A stretch of 63,145 nt of DNA, filler included, from Aduncisulcus paluster (GCA_024181965.1; 11 parts of 11 records of this genome joined end to end with filler, not necessarily neighbours in it), one strand, 5' to 3'; positions 10,921 through 24,820 are shown, counted from the first letter of the whole stretch. Program-made: numbers and translations. The notes: generated by a model not told the origin, from the sequence alone.

Positions 10921-13900
10921 CCTCGTTTTCTTCTTCTTCAATCAAAATATCCCCCGAGTGCCCTCGAAGAGAAGGAGAGAGGAATGAAATCTTTTTCTTA
11001 CCTCCATTGGTCACAATGTGAGTCCCACCACTGGAGCCATTGCCTTCTTGCTGTGCTGAAAATGCCTGTAATGACAAAGAGGTGAAGAAAGGATCGTTAA
11101 GACTAAGCACATCCTCCTCTAAATCATCTTTCCCTTCGTCTCTTCTTGATTCTTCTCTCTTCTCTTCTTCAATCTGCTCCATCACAACACACTCACATAC
11201 ACAGCGAGGTGGAACAACAAAACTGATGCTCCAGCACGTTGAGAATAGAAGGGCAACCCGAGATCCTTTGTTCCATTGAATATCACACATGCTCCACACA
11301 CAGAGCTCACAAAGTTGGATGGAGGGCGTCAATTCGGGTGTCAAGAGTGATATCAAAAGCGGGAGAGAAGATGGAAGCTGAGATTGTGAAGGGTGTGTTG
11401 AGATAAAGGGCATCGAGTATTCGTCATTCTTATTGTTCAGCATGGAACGATGGTGTGACGGATGAGGAATAGACATATGGTGAGAAGTTGAAGATCTAAG
11501 AGATCCAGGTTTCTTTCCGGTGGCGGAAGACGGTTCAACGGAACCCCATGCATGTTTGAGGAAGAAATCAATTCCAAGAGAACCATTTCTAATTATGGAA
11601 CGTGAGAAAGAATGAATATCTTGTTCAAACGATGTTATACATTGGTATCTTGATTCCGATGGAGCCAGCGGGAAAAGAGCATTGAAAATAGCAACAAAAT
11701 TATTCACATCACAAAATATCACAATATCATTCCCGATAGTTCCAGTGCTTTCTGCAGAAGCCTTCACAATAACGTGAGAATTACTAGCACAATTAGCAGT
11801 AGCAGTAGAAGTTGAAGTGGGGTATGATTGGTGGGAATATCTTGAAAGACGTCGTTCGGATAGAGTCGAAGAAGTTGTTGATCTCACTGGTGTTGAAATA
11901 ATATCACGGAACAAATCATCTTCAGAAATAGAATGCTTTTTCTTGGACATTTGAAGATATTTAAATTCCATTTCTGATACCTTTTTATACCAAACTTCAT
12001 ATGTACGTTCTAAAGCAGAAGTATGGAAAGAATATTGAACATTTTTAGAAATAAGTGAGAATAAATCCATAAATAGTCTCTGAGTAACTCTATTTATAGA
12101 CATAGAAGCTGACAATGCTTGAATTGATGCCATATGATAAACCAACAATGAGGAGTGACTCTCTGATGAAAAAGATAGTTCAAAAGTTGTAGAAAGCATC
12201 GATATAAGCATTGCTAATGGGGAAAGATCAAATACTTCCGACATGTCCAGTTCAGGATTAGATCGAATTGAACTTGTGTCGATGCTTATCTTCCCTTTTG
12301 TCTTCAATCCTTTTGTCCGACAGGTATATAGCACTTTCTTCTTTCTTTTCGCTTGCAAGGATTGAGCATATTTCAAGGCTTGAATACTAGTAATTTCATG
12401 ACGAATGGCACGCTGAAGTTGTTCTTCCTGGGAAACACTGTACCGAATGCAATGAATTGAATAGGACTTAAACAGCAACAAAGAAAGATGGGAGAGCAAG
12501 GAAACGGCATGGAATAATTCATTTGGATGTGAAATCTCCTTCTCTTGTTTTCTAAGCTCCAATAAAAGAGGTCTCCACATTTGAGAGAAGAAGTGATTAG
12601 AAAGATGAGAAATATCTTTTGAAACACTATTATTGTGCTTATTATAATACCCATCATTCCCTTTTCCGGCATTCTTTCCTTCCTTCTTTGACCCAATGCC
12701 AGAGAAAGAGAAATAGTTGGATGGGGGGGAACCCAAAGGAGGGGATGTTGGAGTGAATTCTGATAATGGGTTGTTTACGATCCAATTGCCATCAACATCA
12801 TAACAGAGTCTTACAATAGAGGAGATATCATCGCCAAATATAATATTTAGACTCGGAATATCCTTCTTTCTGTTGAGGAAACAGCTAAATATAGCATCAT
12901 AATCCTCAACTTTCTCAGATTCTTCGGAGGGAGGGAGATGGAGAGAGCTCAAGAGAGGATTCTTGGATGAGAATGAAGCCATTCCAAATTGCTGAGAAGA
13001 TCCGTGGCTATTATTAGAAACGGAAAGGATTCCGACCCCGAAAACAATGTTGTCATCTTTCTCCTCGTCACCACAAATATTCTTATTGCATATTCCAACC
13101 ATCTCCCTTTTAACTTTAGGTATTGATCTTGGATTATTATTGTTATTATTACTGTTGTCATTTAAATTAAAGGAGTATATACGATGCAAAGAATATACAA
13201 TTTCACAGACCAATTCCATTCGTTCTTTAACACCAATATCTGGATCAGTGCGACGAGCTCGTTCTTTCAACCAGGAACTGAGCATATTTCCAGCATAACT
13301 TAGATCAGTGTGAACTAAAAATAGACACAGTGCCATAATTAGATTCCTACGTTGTTCAGTACGAGGAGTGAGTACATTAGCCAGAGAGTCCAGCAGAGTC
13401 TTGGTGATATCTCCAATATCGGTACGACTCCGAACAAGATGACTCAGTGAGGAAGAAAGCAGTGTGGCAAGAGCAGTGTGCAATTGTTGGTTTGAGCAGA
13501 GAGGTAAATGCTTTGAAATGGAACAAAATAGAGACGAGAATAACGAACACATAACAACTTTTGTGACAGAATGAGAATAACAGGAATCTAAACGCTTTGC
13601 AAGTAAACAGAATGGCAAAGAAGCAAGAGATATCTGAGATATTTGGTCACAGAGCAGTGGAGATGGTGAATTGACTTCTAGGTGTGATATTATAGGACTT
13701 AATTGGGTTGTAAGATGTGCAAGCATCTGTGACATAACATCAAGAAGGAAAGATGGAGGGGAAATGTTGCTTACTTGGCTTGGTTCCGCAGAAATGAGAG
13801 GGGAAAGTGTTTGTCGAGGCGAAGGAGATGAAGAAGAAGGAATCGATCCTGGAATTCTAGGAGTAAAATGTGAAAACTGGGGAGTGGGTGCAGAAAGGAA

Positions 13901-16900
13901 AGAGGAAGCGGCATTAATTGCATTATCTTCCTCCTCTTCCTCCTCTCTTTTCTCTTCTTCTCCCTCTTCTTCCTCCTCTTCCTCTTCCTCTTCCTCTTCT
14001 TCTCCCGCATCAAGATCAACACGTGGTTTAGTGCTGATCGGTGATGATAATTGATTTCTATAATCACCATTAACATAAATACCGCATGCAATGATGTTAT
14101 TATATTCTACCAAGGAACAAACTTTCACACATGCGTACTGACACGATGTGATCAAAAGGTAACACAAGTGGGGCAGAATAATAAGAGATCGAGAGAGGGA
14201 AAGTAAAGACGAGGAGGCTGCTCGGATATTGTGGGGTGAGCTCATTGAGTGTGTTGGGAAAGGAACAGAACTATAGGAAGTTGAGGAAAGAGTGGATAGC
14301 AGAGCCAAAGCTGAAGATATCATTTGGTCAGAAGTCTCATCAAGTTTCTTTGTTGTGCAACAAGAGCGAAGCTCAGAAGAGGGAGAACATGACCCAATAT
14401 CTGCTCTAAAAGCGATAGGTTTATCATCCTCTTCATTTTCACTCTCATCGTGATTATTGTGGACAATGTCTGTATCATATCGGAAAGGAATGCATGAGAT
14501 ATGATTCACAAGTTCACCTATCCACACTCCAAGAGTACCCCAACCGGACGAGTACAGAGTATGTGAGTGACTGGCTGACAGAGGGATGAAAGTATCGTTC
14601 TTACAAGGAGAAATGCCGAGTCTATTTGGACATGGAGAGGAGTATAGATTAGAAACGAGACGAATACATATGACAAATGCACTGATTGAGCTGAAAGTTC
14701 CATCAATATCATGAGGAGAGACACAACTCGAAGCCAGTGCACCCACTGACGTAGTGCAATGTTGTTTGCCAGATCCTAGGATGCCCAGTGAAGCCTTCAT
14801 TGAGGTCATAAGTGACTGAGAAGGATGTAAGTTTGAGGAAGGAAGACCACCAACAGGAACACAGCCTGTTGAAGCATCCAGTCCATCCTCTTCTTCACTT
14901 CCCATGGTTGATATGAAGTTACTGAACACGGTGTGATGCTGTGACAAGGAACTGTGGGCATACAACAGAGCTACAATAGCCGTAATGATATTTGCTGTCA
15001 CTCTTTTGAACAATACGGGGGATATAATTGACCTATCGACAGAATTCATACTTATTCCTGCCATTCTCACACATTCACACAACTTTCCATGCATTTCATT
15101 CACTTCTTCAAATACTCGCTCTTTCTCTCGCTTCTTCCCATTGTCGGTAAAAGTATGGCCAGACGAGACATGCAAAGGTTTGGACTGACTTAACATGGGT
15201 GACAGACCGAATGAACTCATGAATTTGTGGACTGAAGAGGACATTCCAAGCCGAGCTCCAAGACTCTTGCTTTGGTTATGCATATCAACGTCGGAAGAAG
15301 AGCATTTCATTCCAAGTAATTCTTCAAGGTCACTGGCACTCACTTCTTCCTCTTTCACAATACGTTTCACAGCCTCTTTGAGCTCTTTTCGAACGCTTCT
15401 TGTGACAGTCACATGAGCAAGCGAGAGGAAGGAAGAGAGAGCGAGGGGAGAGAAGGATAAAAGTAAATCTAAGGCAGCCTTGGGGGAGGAAACACTGGAT
15501 AAAAGGGTATGTGTGGCACGAACAAGGAGAGCTAAATCACATTTAAAAATAGAATTGAGAAGGTTTTGATATATGTCGTAAGGTTTCGTTTCAATATCAC
15601 TGATATTCGGAGTGATTGGTCCAATAGAATCCAAGATGGAGTGTCCATGGTAGGAAGAAGAAGTATCATGTTGCTCAAAGACACTGAAGGTATGTTGTGT
15701 ATTAGTATTATCCCCGGGTCCAAGTGTCTGAGATTGGGATATTTGTTGTTCTTCGTGTTGGTCAGTAGTCACGTGATTGGTTTCGTACGTGGTTTCATCG
15801 TCACTGACCTCTCCATAGACAGTGACTCCATCAATATTGTGCTGTAAACCCTGATCATGATCAGATTGGAATGGAGATATGATATTAGATTGATGCAGTT
15901 GGCTACTAAAGGCACTCACAATATACCCCTGTTCATCCTTAGCGGGATAATCCAATGATTCTCCCTTGGTAGTGCCATGTAAAGAACCAGCAGACATATC
16001 AGCGACGGTCGTATGAACTTGGGTTTTGTTTGACTCCCTATCTGCCCCTCTGCACGAATCAATACCTTCATACAGACTTGAGTGAGCCACACATTCCCAT
16101 CCCAACCCAACGCAGAGAGCAAGGAAAGCAGAGCATGTCTTATGTGGGAGTTGGGCAGAAATATGAGAATGAAATAACTCCAATGAGTGGGTCACAATCA
16201 CTGGAGATAAGCAAAAGGATGAAGCGAAGAGGGAAGAGGAAGAGGAAGAAGACTGAGGAGGGAACGATGCTGAGAAAGAGTTGAAAGCATCATCCGTGTA
16301 TTTGTCATCATCTGCACCATCTCCTGGATCAGCCAAAAGATCTTTTCCATTGTCTTTAAGAGGAGGGCTAACAAACTCTGTTTCTGAATCATTGCACGCA
16401 CATACAGTGCCATCACATTCCCCATGAAAATGATTATTATTATGGTCTGGTGAATGTAACAATACCTGTTCCATCTCTTTACCTTCACCTAGAATACCAT
16501 GGAAACCAGAAGATGAGGAAGAGAATGAACCAGATTCCTCTCCTCTCTCATCCTCTTCCTCTTCCTCCTCTTCCTCTTCCTCTTCCTCTTCACCTTCACC
16601 TAGGAATTCAGCTCCTTCGCTCTCTCTAAAATGAGATGAAGGAAGCATAGGTCTAATATTTGTATTGTTTGCAGTCTCAGATGTTTCTCTATCAGGTCTT
16701 TGGCACACACACTTAAGAGAACATAGGATGATCCATGTCGCCACTGTGTCACCCAGGGGAGATCTCACTCCGCACAGAGATATTGTTTCATCCACAAAAG
16801 AGACACATAGGGAAAAGATAAAAGGAAGAGAGAATATCCCAAGAGTATCAGGCATGTTTGAGATGGAAGATATCGTGTCGATGGGAAAGAAAGATGTGAG

Positions 16901-18748
16901 GAAAGAAGCCATGATGAGAGATACAGAGGTCTCATTATCATCGCTGGCTATGGATGAGTGTTGAATGGCTCGAAGAGAATGGACAAAGTCACGGATTGAG
17001 GATGGAGATGAATGGGAAGGTCTGAATACTCCTGATTGGACATCTTGAGGAGATTGGACATCTTTAGGCGTCGCTGAGCCAGACAAAGAGTTGGAGTCAC
17101 AGAGATCTACAAGAAATGATGTGATATGAGAATTACAATGAGTGTGAGTTAACAGAAGCATCATTAACACACGAATACCACACGAATTCCACACATTGAC
17201 AAGGGTTACTTCTTTTTCTTCTTCTTCCTCACTTTCCCCTTCTTCTGTAATCACTTCAACTTCATCATCGACTTTCTCATCCTTGATATCTTCTCTATTT
17301 TTAGACTTTGAATGTGATATTCCGATTTCCAAATCATTATTATTTTCCTTAATTGCTGTTATATCGTGTTTATCCATTTTTGAGACACATTGAAGCAGTA
17401 AGCGTTCATCTTCTCCACATTTAAGGTCTCCTTTGGACAACTTGAGACCAACACAGCAAGATAGAAGGACACAAGCACTAAAGAATCGTTCAGAATGTGG
17501 TACGCACAGGTGTATTCCTGGACAATCTCCTTCTCTCATGAGCTCTTTAACACTTCGTCTGAGCAATTCTGAACATTGGATGCCCTTCTTACCAACATAC
17601 ATGCACAGGCCGAGAAGAGCATTGAGTATGCACACAGAGAGTGAGAGAGAGAGGAGACGACCATCTATTGCATGTGTTTGGTCACACAGAATGGGCATAC
17701 AAAGAGATGGGATCGAGGAAGAGGAAGAGGAAGAGGATTGTGTCGTCTTGGAAATGTTTTTATATATCTGAACTGAAGGAACATAGTCTTTATCCAATGG
17801 GAATGAGAAGAATGGTCGTGGTTTATGTTTTTCTTGAAAACCTACTTCGGAGGATTCATCAGGACTCTTGTCATCAACCTTTGCCATATCTTCTGAGATA
17901 TCTGGTTGTATCGTTGTATAATCGGTATGTTTGGACTCTGACTCTCTCTTTTGTTCCTGTAGAGCAGTAGTTTGAGCACATAAAAGAATATTGTTTAGGG
18001 CAAGGAGATGATGAGTGAGCGAGTGGAGTGAGGAGGAAGAAAATGAGAGTAATGTCGATGTAAATGCCTTGCCTTGGCGTTTTTTCCTCTTGAATGCTGC
18101 ATGCGCACTCGATTGTACCACTGAATGTGGCAGAGAGAATGACACGTGTGTGGAGTCAGAAGACTGTGATGATTGATCGGTAGAATCAAACATGGGGGCC
18201 CCACTAAGTGTAGATGAGAGGTTTTCTCCTAAGCTAATGCCTCGAATACTGACACATGTCGGAGAAACACTCAAACCTTTGGGAACTGAAACCGAGACGT
18301 GAAGACGCGATTTCCTATCGGATGAATGTACTCCACATCCGAGAACCCCAATAACAGGGATGGCAAGAGAGAACGTTGTTGGATGTGAGTGGAAACTATT
18401 GGCCCCGAGGATAACAGTAGTTTCTCCAGAAGAATGCCGAAATAACGGCGAACATGCGTGCATTTTGCCATCTATTGGATGAATTAATGGAATTTCATGC
18501 TCAACTTGATTAATGGTAGAGATGCCGCATAGGTCACGAATCTGCGCATAATGCGAAGAGGGAACATCAAAGCTAATAAGAACACAGAGGCATAAAATAC
18601 GTTCATTGATATCTACATCAATCAATAATTCTTCTTGCTCACCAGTAATTAATTTAGATGACCCTGTATTTTTCTGACTGTAGCTTCTAGTACTTAACGA
18701 ATATATATTAATACAATCGGGTGCTATTTTCACCCACCAATCTGTCAT
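10921..18748 (-). CDS. Giant (>2600 aa) Ser/Glu-rich hypothetical protein, 3'-partial
   Basis: Uninterrupted 7.8-kb ORF with Leu/Cys-rich helical blocks separated by poly-E and poly-S inserts. No family recognised. Confidence 0.8.
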
Positions 18749-19016
18749 TTAATAAAAATATTTTTGATAAAATGTGTTTGCTTTGATGAAAGGACCGGAA
18801 AAAGGCAAGCAAAAAATTGAAAATATCCAAACCCTTCAATAGGCTTAATGGAATGGTGAAATAACATAAAATAATATTAATATCTAATTTGTCTTGAAAT
18901 TTATAAAAAATTTAAGTTATTTGAAACATAATTTCACTTGAAATTAAATATCATTGTTTTCTGGCAATATAAGACAATAGGAAATCCCATTGAATTCAAA
19001 ATCATTATTAAAGATC

Positions 19017-21478
19017 ATGGGCAAATCACTTCCTAGAAAATCTACTCGGTCTATTAATCCAGATCCTAGCAATGAAACTGTATCTCTAGATGTATGTTTC
19101 TGGATTTTAAAAGAATTTTTATGACTAATTTAATTTTTATATGTGATTTTAAATATAATTTATTTTGATTTTGATATTATTATTCTCTTTTCCGTGTGGA
19201 TAAAAATTTTATCATAAAATGATTTTTTTTTTTTTTTTTTAATATCTATTTCATTGAACTTTAGGTTTCTAAATCTCCTTTAATACATTCAAGTTCACAT
19301 TCTGATAGTCATACAACATCTCGTTCACGAACACCGACAACAGCATCGGGAAGGGATGAAAGTCCTTCCCTTCCAGAAGATAAGGTATATGTATTTCCGA
19401 CATATCGGTCGATTATCAAAGAACGGGGCATGGACTATTCTTTTCTTATGCGCCACCAGGACGGTGTTGTTACAAAGTTCAGCGATGTAAATCACATTCT
19501 GCCCACCTATTTCCTTCCTTCTGCTCCGTACGCCCACGGTTTAATACTTACAACTCCATTATATACCTCTTTTGAACTGAGAACAGACCTCCAGTCCGTA
19601 AATCCCCTTCTAGATCACGAATCTAAGCATTTTATCGCTAAATGGGTGTCTTCAAATCCTCAATTCGGTGAAAAGAAACGAGTTTCTACCAAGACTGACG
19701 AGGAAATGGAAGATATCTCGCAGCGGGAATTAATGAGACGTGAGAAACTTATTCTCAGAGAGTTGGAATCTTGTTATATTCATTCATTTACCCGCCAAGA
19801 AGCGTACCAACACTCAAACTTCGAAGCCATTGATCTATATAGATCTCAAGTATCTAAAAATAGAACTCCTGGGCTTCCGAAGCGGTTTCATATGGCAGCG
19901 TCAATCCTCACAGATTCTCCTTCGTATGGTGGAGAGGAATGTTCCCAATGTTCCGATAAAGATATATTTCAAACCGATGTTTCTCATCCATTCGTTCTAT
20001 TTTGGGATAAACTCCTCGCAAGTAGTATGATGAAAGGTGTTTATCGGCATTTGAAATGTCTTCATGTGACCTTGAAGACAACATCTCCAACCAGACATCC
20101 ACCATCGGTGTTATTTTCTGCCATTGTCCAAACAAACACCTTAAGAAGCGATAAAAACATTGAGTGGCGTAAGATTCGAGAGAAAGAGGAACGAGAACTG
20201 CTTCAAAAACTGGTTCGTAACTGGAAAGCCAAGCAACGACGTAGAATATTAAACATCACAAAATCATCATCAAAGTATTATACTCTTAATTCAACGAAAG
20301 AGGAATTTTCTAATGTTATTCCCCCCGAATCCATTGAAGATGTCCAAAAATACTTTGCTGTCCCACTCATAAAAATACCTAAACACCACATTTATAAAGT
20401 ATTTTTCCATGTCCGAGCAGATCAATTTATTCCAATTCATTCTCCCTCCTCTTCTCCCTCTTCAACAAATGAATTCATAGTCACTGTAAAATGTCCACTC
20501 GCCATTCGAGCTGTCAATTCTATTTCTCTTTGTGTCGAGCATGTTTGGGAAGAACATGAGACGAGCTATCGTGAAAGTCCAGTCATCTCAAAAGAAGATG
20601 TCGTGAATGCGAAAGATGCGGATGACACTGAACAAGAAAAGGAAACGCAAGAAATGGAAGAAGAAAGAAAAGAGCGAAAAGAACCTAGTGATGGGGGGGA
20701 AGAAACAAGCGACAAAGACATTTCTTCAGAGAGTTTTAGGGAACATGAACTCAAATCCAATGTTCCACTCCCTTGTGCCCTCGTATCTTTTGATAGAATT
20801 TCATTATTTGCTGAATATCCTTCAAGAATAACTGAAAAACTCAAAGAAATGGAACTTAAGGCTTTTACAGATCAGGGGCCATACCATCGCATGCGAAATC
20901 ATTCACTGGAGATAAAGGGAAATAATGGTTTTGGTGATACTGAGAAACAACCTAATCTATTTTTAGAAATCACAAGAGGTGATTCAACTGTTTCTCAAAT
21001 ATCTCCTTCACAGAAAACCACAGTAGTCGTGGAAAAGGAAGGAACAAACAAACAAGAAAAGGAGGAAGAAGAGGAAGAGAAAGGAAAGGAAGAGGAAGGA
21101 AAGGAAGAGAAAGAAGAGAAAGAAGAACGTGGGGGGAAAGAGAAGAGCCTTCAAAAGGAAATAATTATAAATGAAAATACGGAGTTAACTGATACTAAGC
21201 AAACAGAAGAATTGAAAAAAGAGGAGAAAAAAGAGGAGAAAATAGAGGAGAAAATAGAGGAGAAAGAAGAGCTAATGGCTAACAAAGATACAGAAAAACA
21301 AGAGTCATCAATTCAGGAATCCAATGAAACCTTCGAGTTCTCCAAGAAGGAAGAGTCAAAGAAAAAATCGAAGGAAGAGAAGAGTGAGAAGGAAGAAGAA
21401 AGAAAGAGGAAGGAAAGGAAGAGAAAGAAGAGAAAGAAGAACGTGGGGGGAAAGAGAAGAGCCTTCAAAAGGAAATAA
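19017..21478 (+). CDS. Two-exon hypothetical protein with K/E-rich C-terminus (exons 19017-19091 and 19265-)
   Basis: Exon 1 MGKSLPRKSTRSINPDPSNETVSLD splices in phase 0 onto VSKSPLIH..., in frame with the 19430 ORF. The stop at 21478 follows a probable indel in a GAA tract, so the true gene likely runs to the contig end. Confidence 0.7.
19092..19264 (+). other. Spliceosomal intron, 173 nt
   Basis: GTATGTTT donor, very AT-rich body with a long T tract, TTTAG acceptor. Removal restores a continuous frame. Confidence 0.85.
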
Positions 21479-21551
21479 TTATAAATGAAAATACGGAGTT
21501 AACTGATACTAAGCAAACAGAAGAATTGAAAAAAGAGGAGAAAAAAGAGGA
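21121..21551 (+). repeat. About 115-bp direct repeat, 314-bp spacing, in the K/E-rich 3' region
   Basis: AGAAGAACGTGGGGGGAAAGAGAAGAGCCTTCAAAAGG... at about 21121 and 21435. Confidence 0.85.
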
Positions 21552-21559
21552 ATTGGAGA

Positions 21560-21659
21560 NNNNNNNNNNNNNNNNNNNNNNNNNNNNNNNNNNNNNNNNN
21601 NNNTTAATTAATTAANNNNNNNNNNNNNNNNNNNNNNNNNNNNNNNNNNNNNNNNNNNN
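21560..21659. other. Artificial contig-joining linker
   Basis: N44-TTAATTAATTAA-N44. Confidence 0.98.
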
Positions 21660-21932
21660 TCCTTTTTGCTTGGTTATCATGCTGTGAAATGATTTTGGAA
21701 AATGTTTTGATAATACTATGAAATCCAACTTCCGTTTGTAATACATTATAAACGACTTTTTACTTCATATACTTAGTTCCCCATCTAAAAAGATCAAATT
21801 TGATCTCTGCTCTTTGCATTTGGATAATGTTGGGGTTTGACCGGTCACATGCATAATAATGCTACATTTTGTAACTTTAACGATTGATATTTTTTCAGTT
21901 AATATGCAAATATCTAATTATACTTCTTTGCT

Positions 21933-24374
21933 TTATTCATCAATAATACTACAAAATGTGGCTTTTTCAGGTGTATCAAAAGCTTTATCAACAATTGCAT
22001 CGGCCGATTCAATGCTTCCTCTTCTTTTCTTCTCAATTGCATCCTTTCGCATGTCTTCAAAAGTAGGAGGAGCCCAACCATATCCTAAATCCGGAATGAA
22101 TTGTTTCTTTTTCTTTAAATCCTTTTTCAGACCTTGGATTAAGTCGAAAGCCCAACAAGCATCTTTGCGATCCACCATATCGCTCGTTGTGAGAGATATG
22201 TAGATATCTCGGAGACATTTGTGGACTGGCCCGGATACTTTCTTTAATTCACAAAACAGGGGGCAGTCGTCAATGAATGGTGTTTTTTCGTTCTTAGATA
22301 TGATATTCCACAGAATTGTTGCCATGGAAGCACCAGGAGGAGTTGATATTTCTGGGATAGGAGAGCCATTGTTAAACAGAGCAAAGATTGATATCGCGAG
22401 TGCAAAAGAATCACTCTTTCTTGAATAAATAGGCTTTGAATGAGCAACAGATATTTCTGGTGCTAATATTTCTGGAGCAATGAAACAAGGTGTTCCCACC
22501 AATGCACAATCCTCCATAATCGAAACAGACATTGTCATGGAAGTCGACTTGAATTTTGAAGATCCTTTAACAACTCCTTTTTTGCTCATTCGATCAGATA
22601 TTGTGAGTCTATTTTGTCGAGTTAGTTTGGCCTGATGCTCATGCAAGAGGGAAAGTCCCAGATCACCAAGGATAACCTCACAGTCGGGTCGAGTCGGTTC
22701 ATGTTTAGGATTAACTCTGACCAAGAAATTTTCAGGTTTTATATCTCTGTGTAGCATTCCTTTTGTGGAGAGAACGGCAGCAACACACTTCACCATAGCG
22801 AAACAAAGAGAAGCAACCTTCATGGGATCATACATGATTGATGACTCCGGTTCTTCAGAAGACCTGCGTGAATAAGATGTAGATGTTGAGGTAGATTCAC
22901 TTGAATCTTCAGAAATGGTTTGGGTGAGGGGTGGTTTTTCTTGGGTTAATGGGGAAGCCGCAGATACACACCAATTATTAAAGAAATGAAGGGCACTACC
23001 CCCACGGCAATACTCCATGATAAAACCATACGTTCCTTTTCCCTTTTCATTAAGTAAATCCAATTTGTAGAAAGGTTGAGGAATTTGCTGGATAGCAATA
23101 TCATAATAGAGTTTACATTGAAGGCCAAATTCTTGATCAGCAATCTTCTTAACATTTCTCCCTGGCTTGGAAATAATTTTTTTGAAGATTAGGTAATCTT
23201 TTGTGGAAACCAATTTCTTCTTTCTCATGACATCATGCGTGTGCTCTATGAGCAGAACATCTCCGAAGGCTCCTTGACCAATCTTACACATAGATTTCAT
23301 TCCATCCCTAGATGTCAATATATACTTCTTTTCTTCTTCAAGCTTTCGGAATTCCTCCTCCTCAAGAAGAAGCTTAATGAGTTGTTCCATCAATTCATCC
23401 TCAATATTGCTTGTCTCAGTTTCTACAATTTTACGGCGTTGTTTTGAAGCTATTTGTTCCTTTGCTTCTCTTTCTTTCATATCAGAGAAAGTTTCATTCT
23501 TGGAGAGAGGGCTCATTTCTAGATCACCAGTGATATTCGAAACGAACAGAGTGGGGCGATCAGCAGGACAGCAACATGAGCAACAGTTTATACGATTGTA
23601 TGTCAATGAATGTTTTGTTTTACATCCATGAATGATAAATAAAATGAAGGAAATAAGCACACTCCATATACCTGGATACATGAAAGGGGTATTAATGAAG
23701 ATACCAAGGACGCCAAATAAGAAAAAGAAAAATGATGTATACAGTCCAGGAATGCATGGAGACCAATTAGAAAAGTCAATATGTGTCAAGTTACCAAAGA
23801 GTTCATATGGATTATTGATTCGAGGAGTCCCACTTTCTCCATAAAAAAATAATGCCATACTTCTTCCACGGATGGCCAAAATATTTGTGATAAGTGGAAC
23901 AAATGTGCATAATATCCCACAGACAATTTTTTGAAAAAGAGACATATCCATAAACAAAAACATGAAACCAGCGATGTAAAGACCAGCGGCTTGGTACCAA
24001 AATAAAAGAAATATCATAATCATTGAGCCACAACCCCAGTATTTAAATGATCGAGAAAATCGTGGTAATAGAGATCCTGTTCGAACATCATCGACAAAGC
24101 TATTATACCATTCTTCCTCAGGATCCTTGGATAAACAACAGCAAAAGGAGGCAAAAAAAATGGGGGTGGCCAAGATAATACAAGTCATTAATAAACCTGT
24201 TGTTTCACTTCCCGATAATGGCTTTAAATAAACGACAACGTCATTCAAATCATTAATTTCATTCATTCCGGCATCATGATCTTCAATTACACTGATGGAT
24301 TCAGATTTGGTATGAATGAAAGGGATTATGAAGAAAATAAAAACAAAAACACAGAGAGATTTACGAGAAAACAT
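21933..24374 (-). CDS. Multi-pass transmembrane Ser/Thr protein kinase
   Basis: Signal peptide, about 5-6 hydrophobic helices, a CCSCCC cluster and a coiled coil, then IGQGAFGDV, IFKK, HRDIKPEN, DLG, GTPCFIAPE and SDSFALA. Confidence 0.88.
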   Translation of the reverse strand: MFSRKSLCVFVFIFFIIPFIHTKSESISVIEDHDAGMNEINDLNDVVVYLKPLSGSETTGLLMTCIILATPIFFASFCCCLSKDPEEEWYNSFVDDVRTGSLLPRFSRSFKYWGCGSMIMIFLLFWYQAAGLYIAGFMFLFMDMSLFQKIVCGILCTFVPLITNILAIRGRSMALFFYGESGTPRINNPYELFGNLTHIDFSNWSPCIPGLYTSFFFFLFGVLGIFINTPFMYPGIWSVLISFILFIIHGCKTKHSLTYNRINCCSCCCPADRPTLFVSNITGDLEMSPLSKNETFSDMKEREAKEQIASKQRRKIVETETSNIEDELMEQLIKLLLEEEEFRKLEEEKKYILTSRDGMKSMCKIGQGAFGDVLLIEHTHDVMRKKKLVSTKDYLIFKKIISKPGRNVKKIADQEFGLQCKLYYDIAIQQIPQPFYKLDLLNEKGKGTYGFIMEYCRGGSALHFFNNWCVSAASPLTQEKPPLTQTISEDSSESTSTSTSYSRRSSEEPESSIMYDPMKVASLCFAMVKCVAAVLSTKGMLHRDIKPENFLVRVNPKHEPTRPDCEVILGDLGLSLLHEHQAKLTRQNRLTISDRMSKKGVVKGSSKFKSTSMTMSVSIMEDCALVGTPCFIAPEILAPEISVAHSKPIYSRKSDSFALAISIFALFNNGSPIPEISTPPGASMATILWNIISKNEKTPFIDDCPLFCELKKVSGPVHKCLRDIYISLTTSDMVDRKDACWAFDLIQGLKKDLKKKKQFIPDLGYGWAPPTFEDMRKDAIEKKRRGSIESADAIVDKAFDTPEKATFCSIIDE

Positions 24375-24820
24375 GAGATATTGTCGAAATATTTAATAGA
24401 GTTGCGTGATGAAAAAATAACAATATAAATAGAAAATAATATAAATGTTCGAAGACGAAAAATGGAGTAGAATATAGACTGACTTCTCTGAAACCCCTCA
24501 AACAAAAAAAAAAATCCAAGTCGAGTAAAAAATAATCCATTCTAATCATTTTTCAAGTAATGAATAGTAGGTATAGCTAATTTGAAAGTGATTTTCAGTT
24601 TTTATCTTGACTCTATGTTAAAATATAGCCCCCTAGGAAATTGATTTTACTCTCACACTAATAACAACATTATTAATGTTTTCATCCTTGATGTTTGGAT
24701 ATCAGTAAGTTTAGATAACATATAATTCTTGAAAATGAATATTTAGTTAATATTTCGCAACCTGGAAAAGCATTTTCATTTTTTGCGACAAAGACATAGA
24801 AACATTATATCGTTTTGAAA

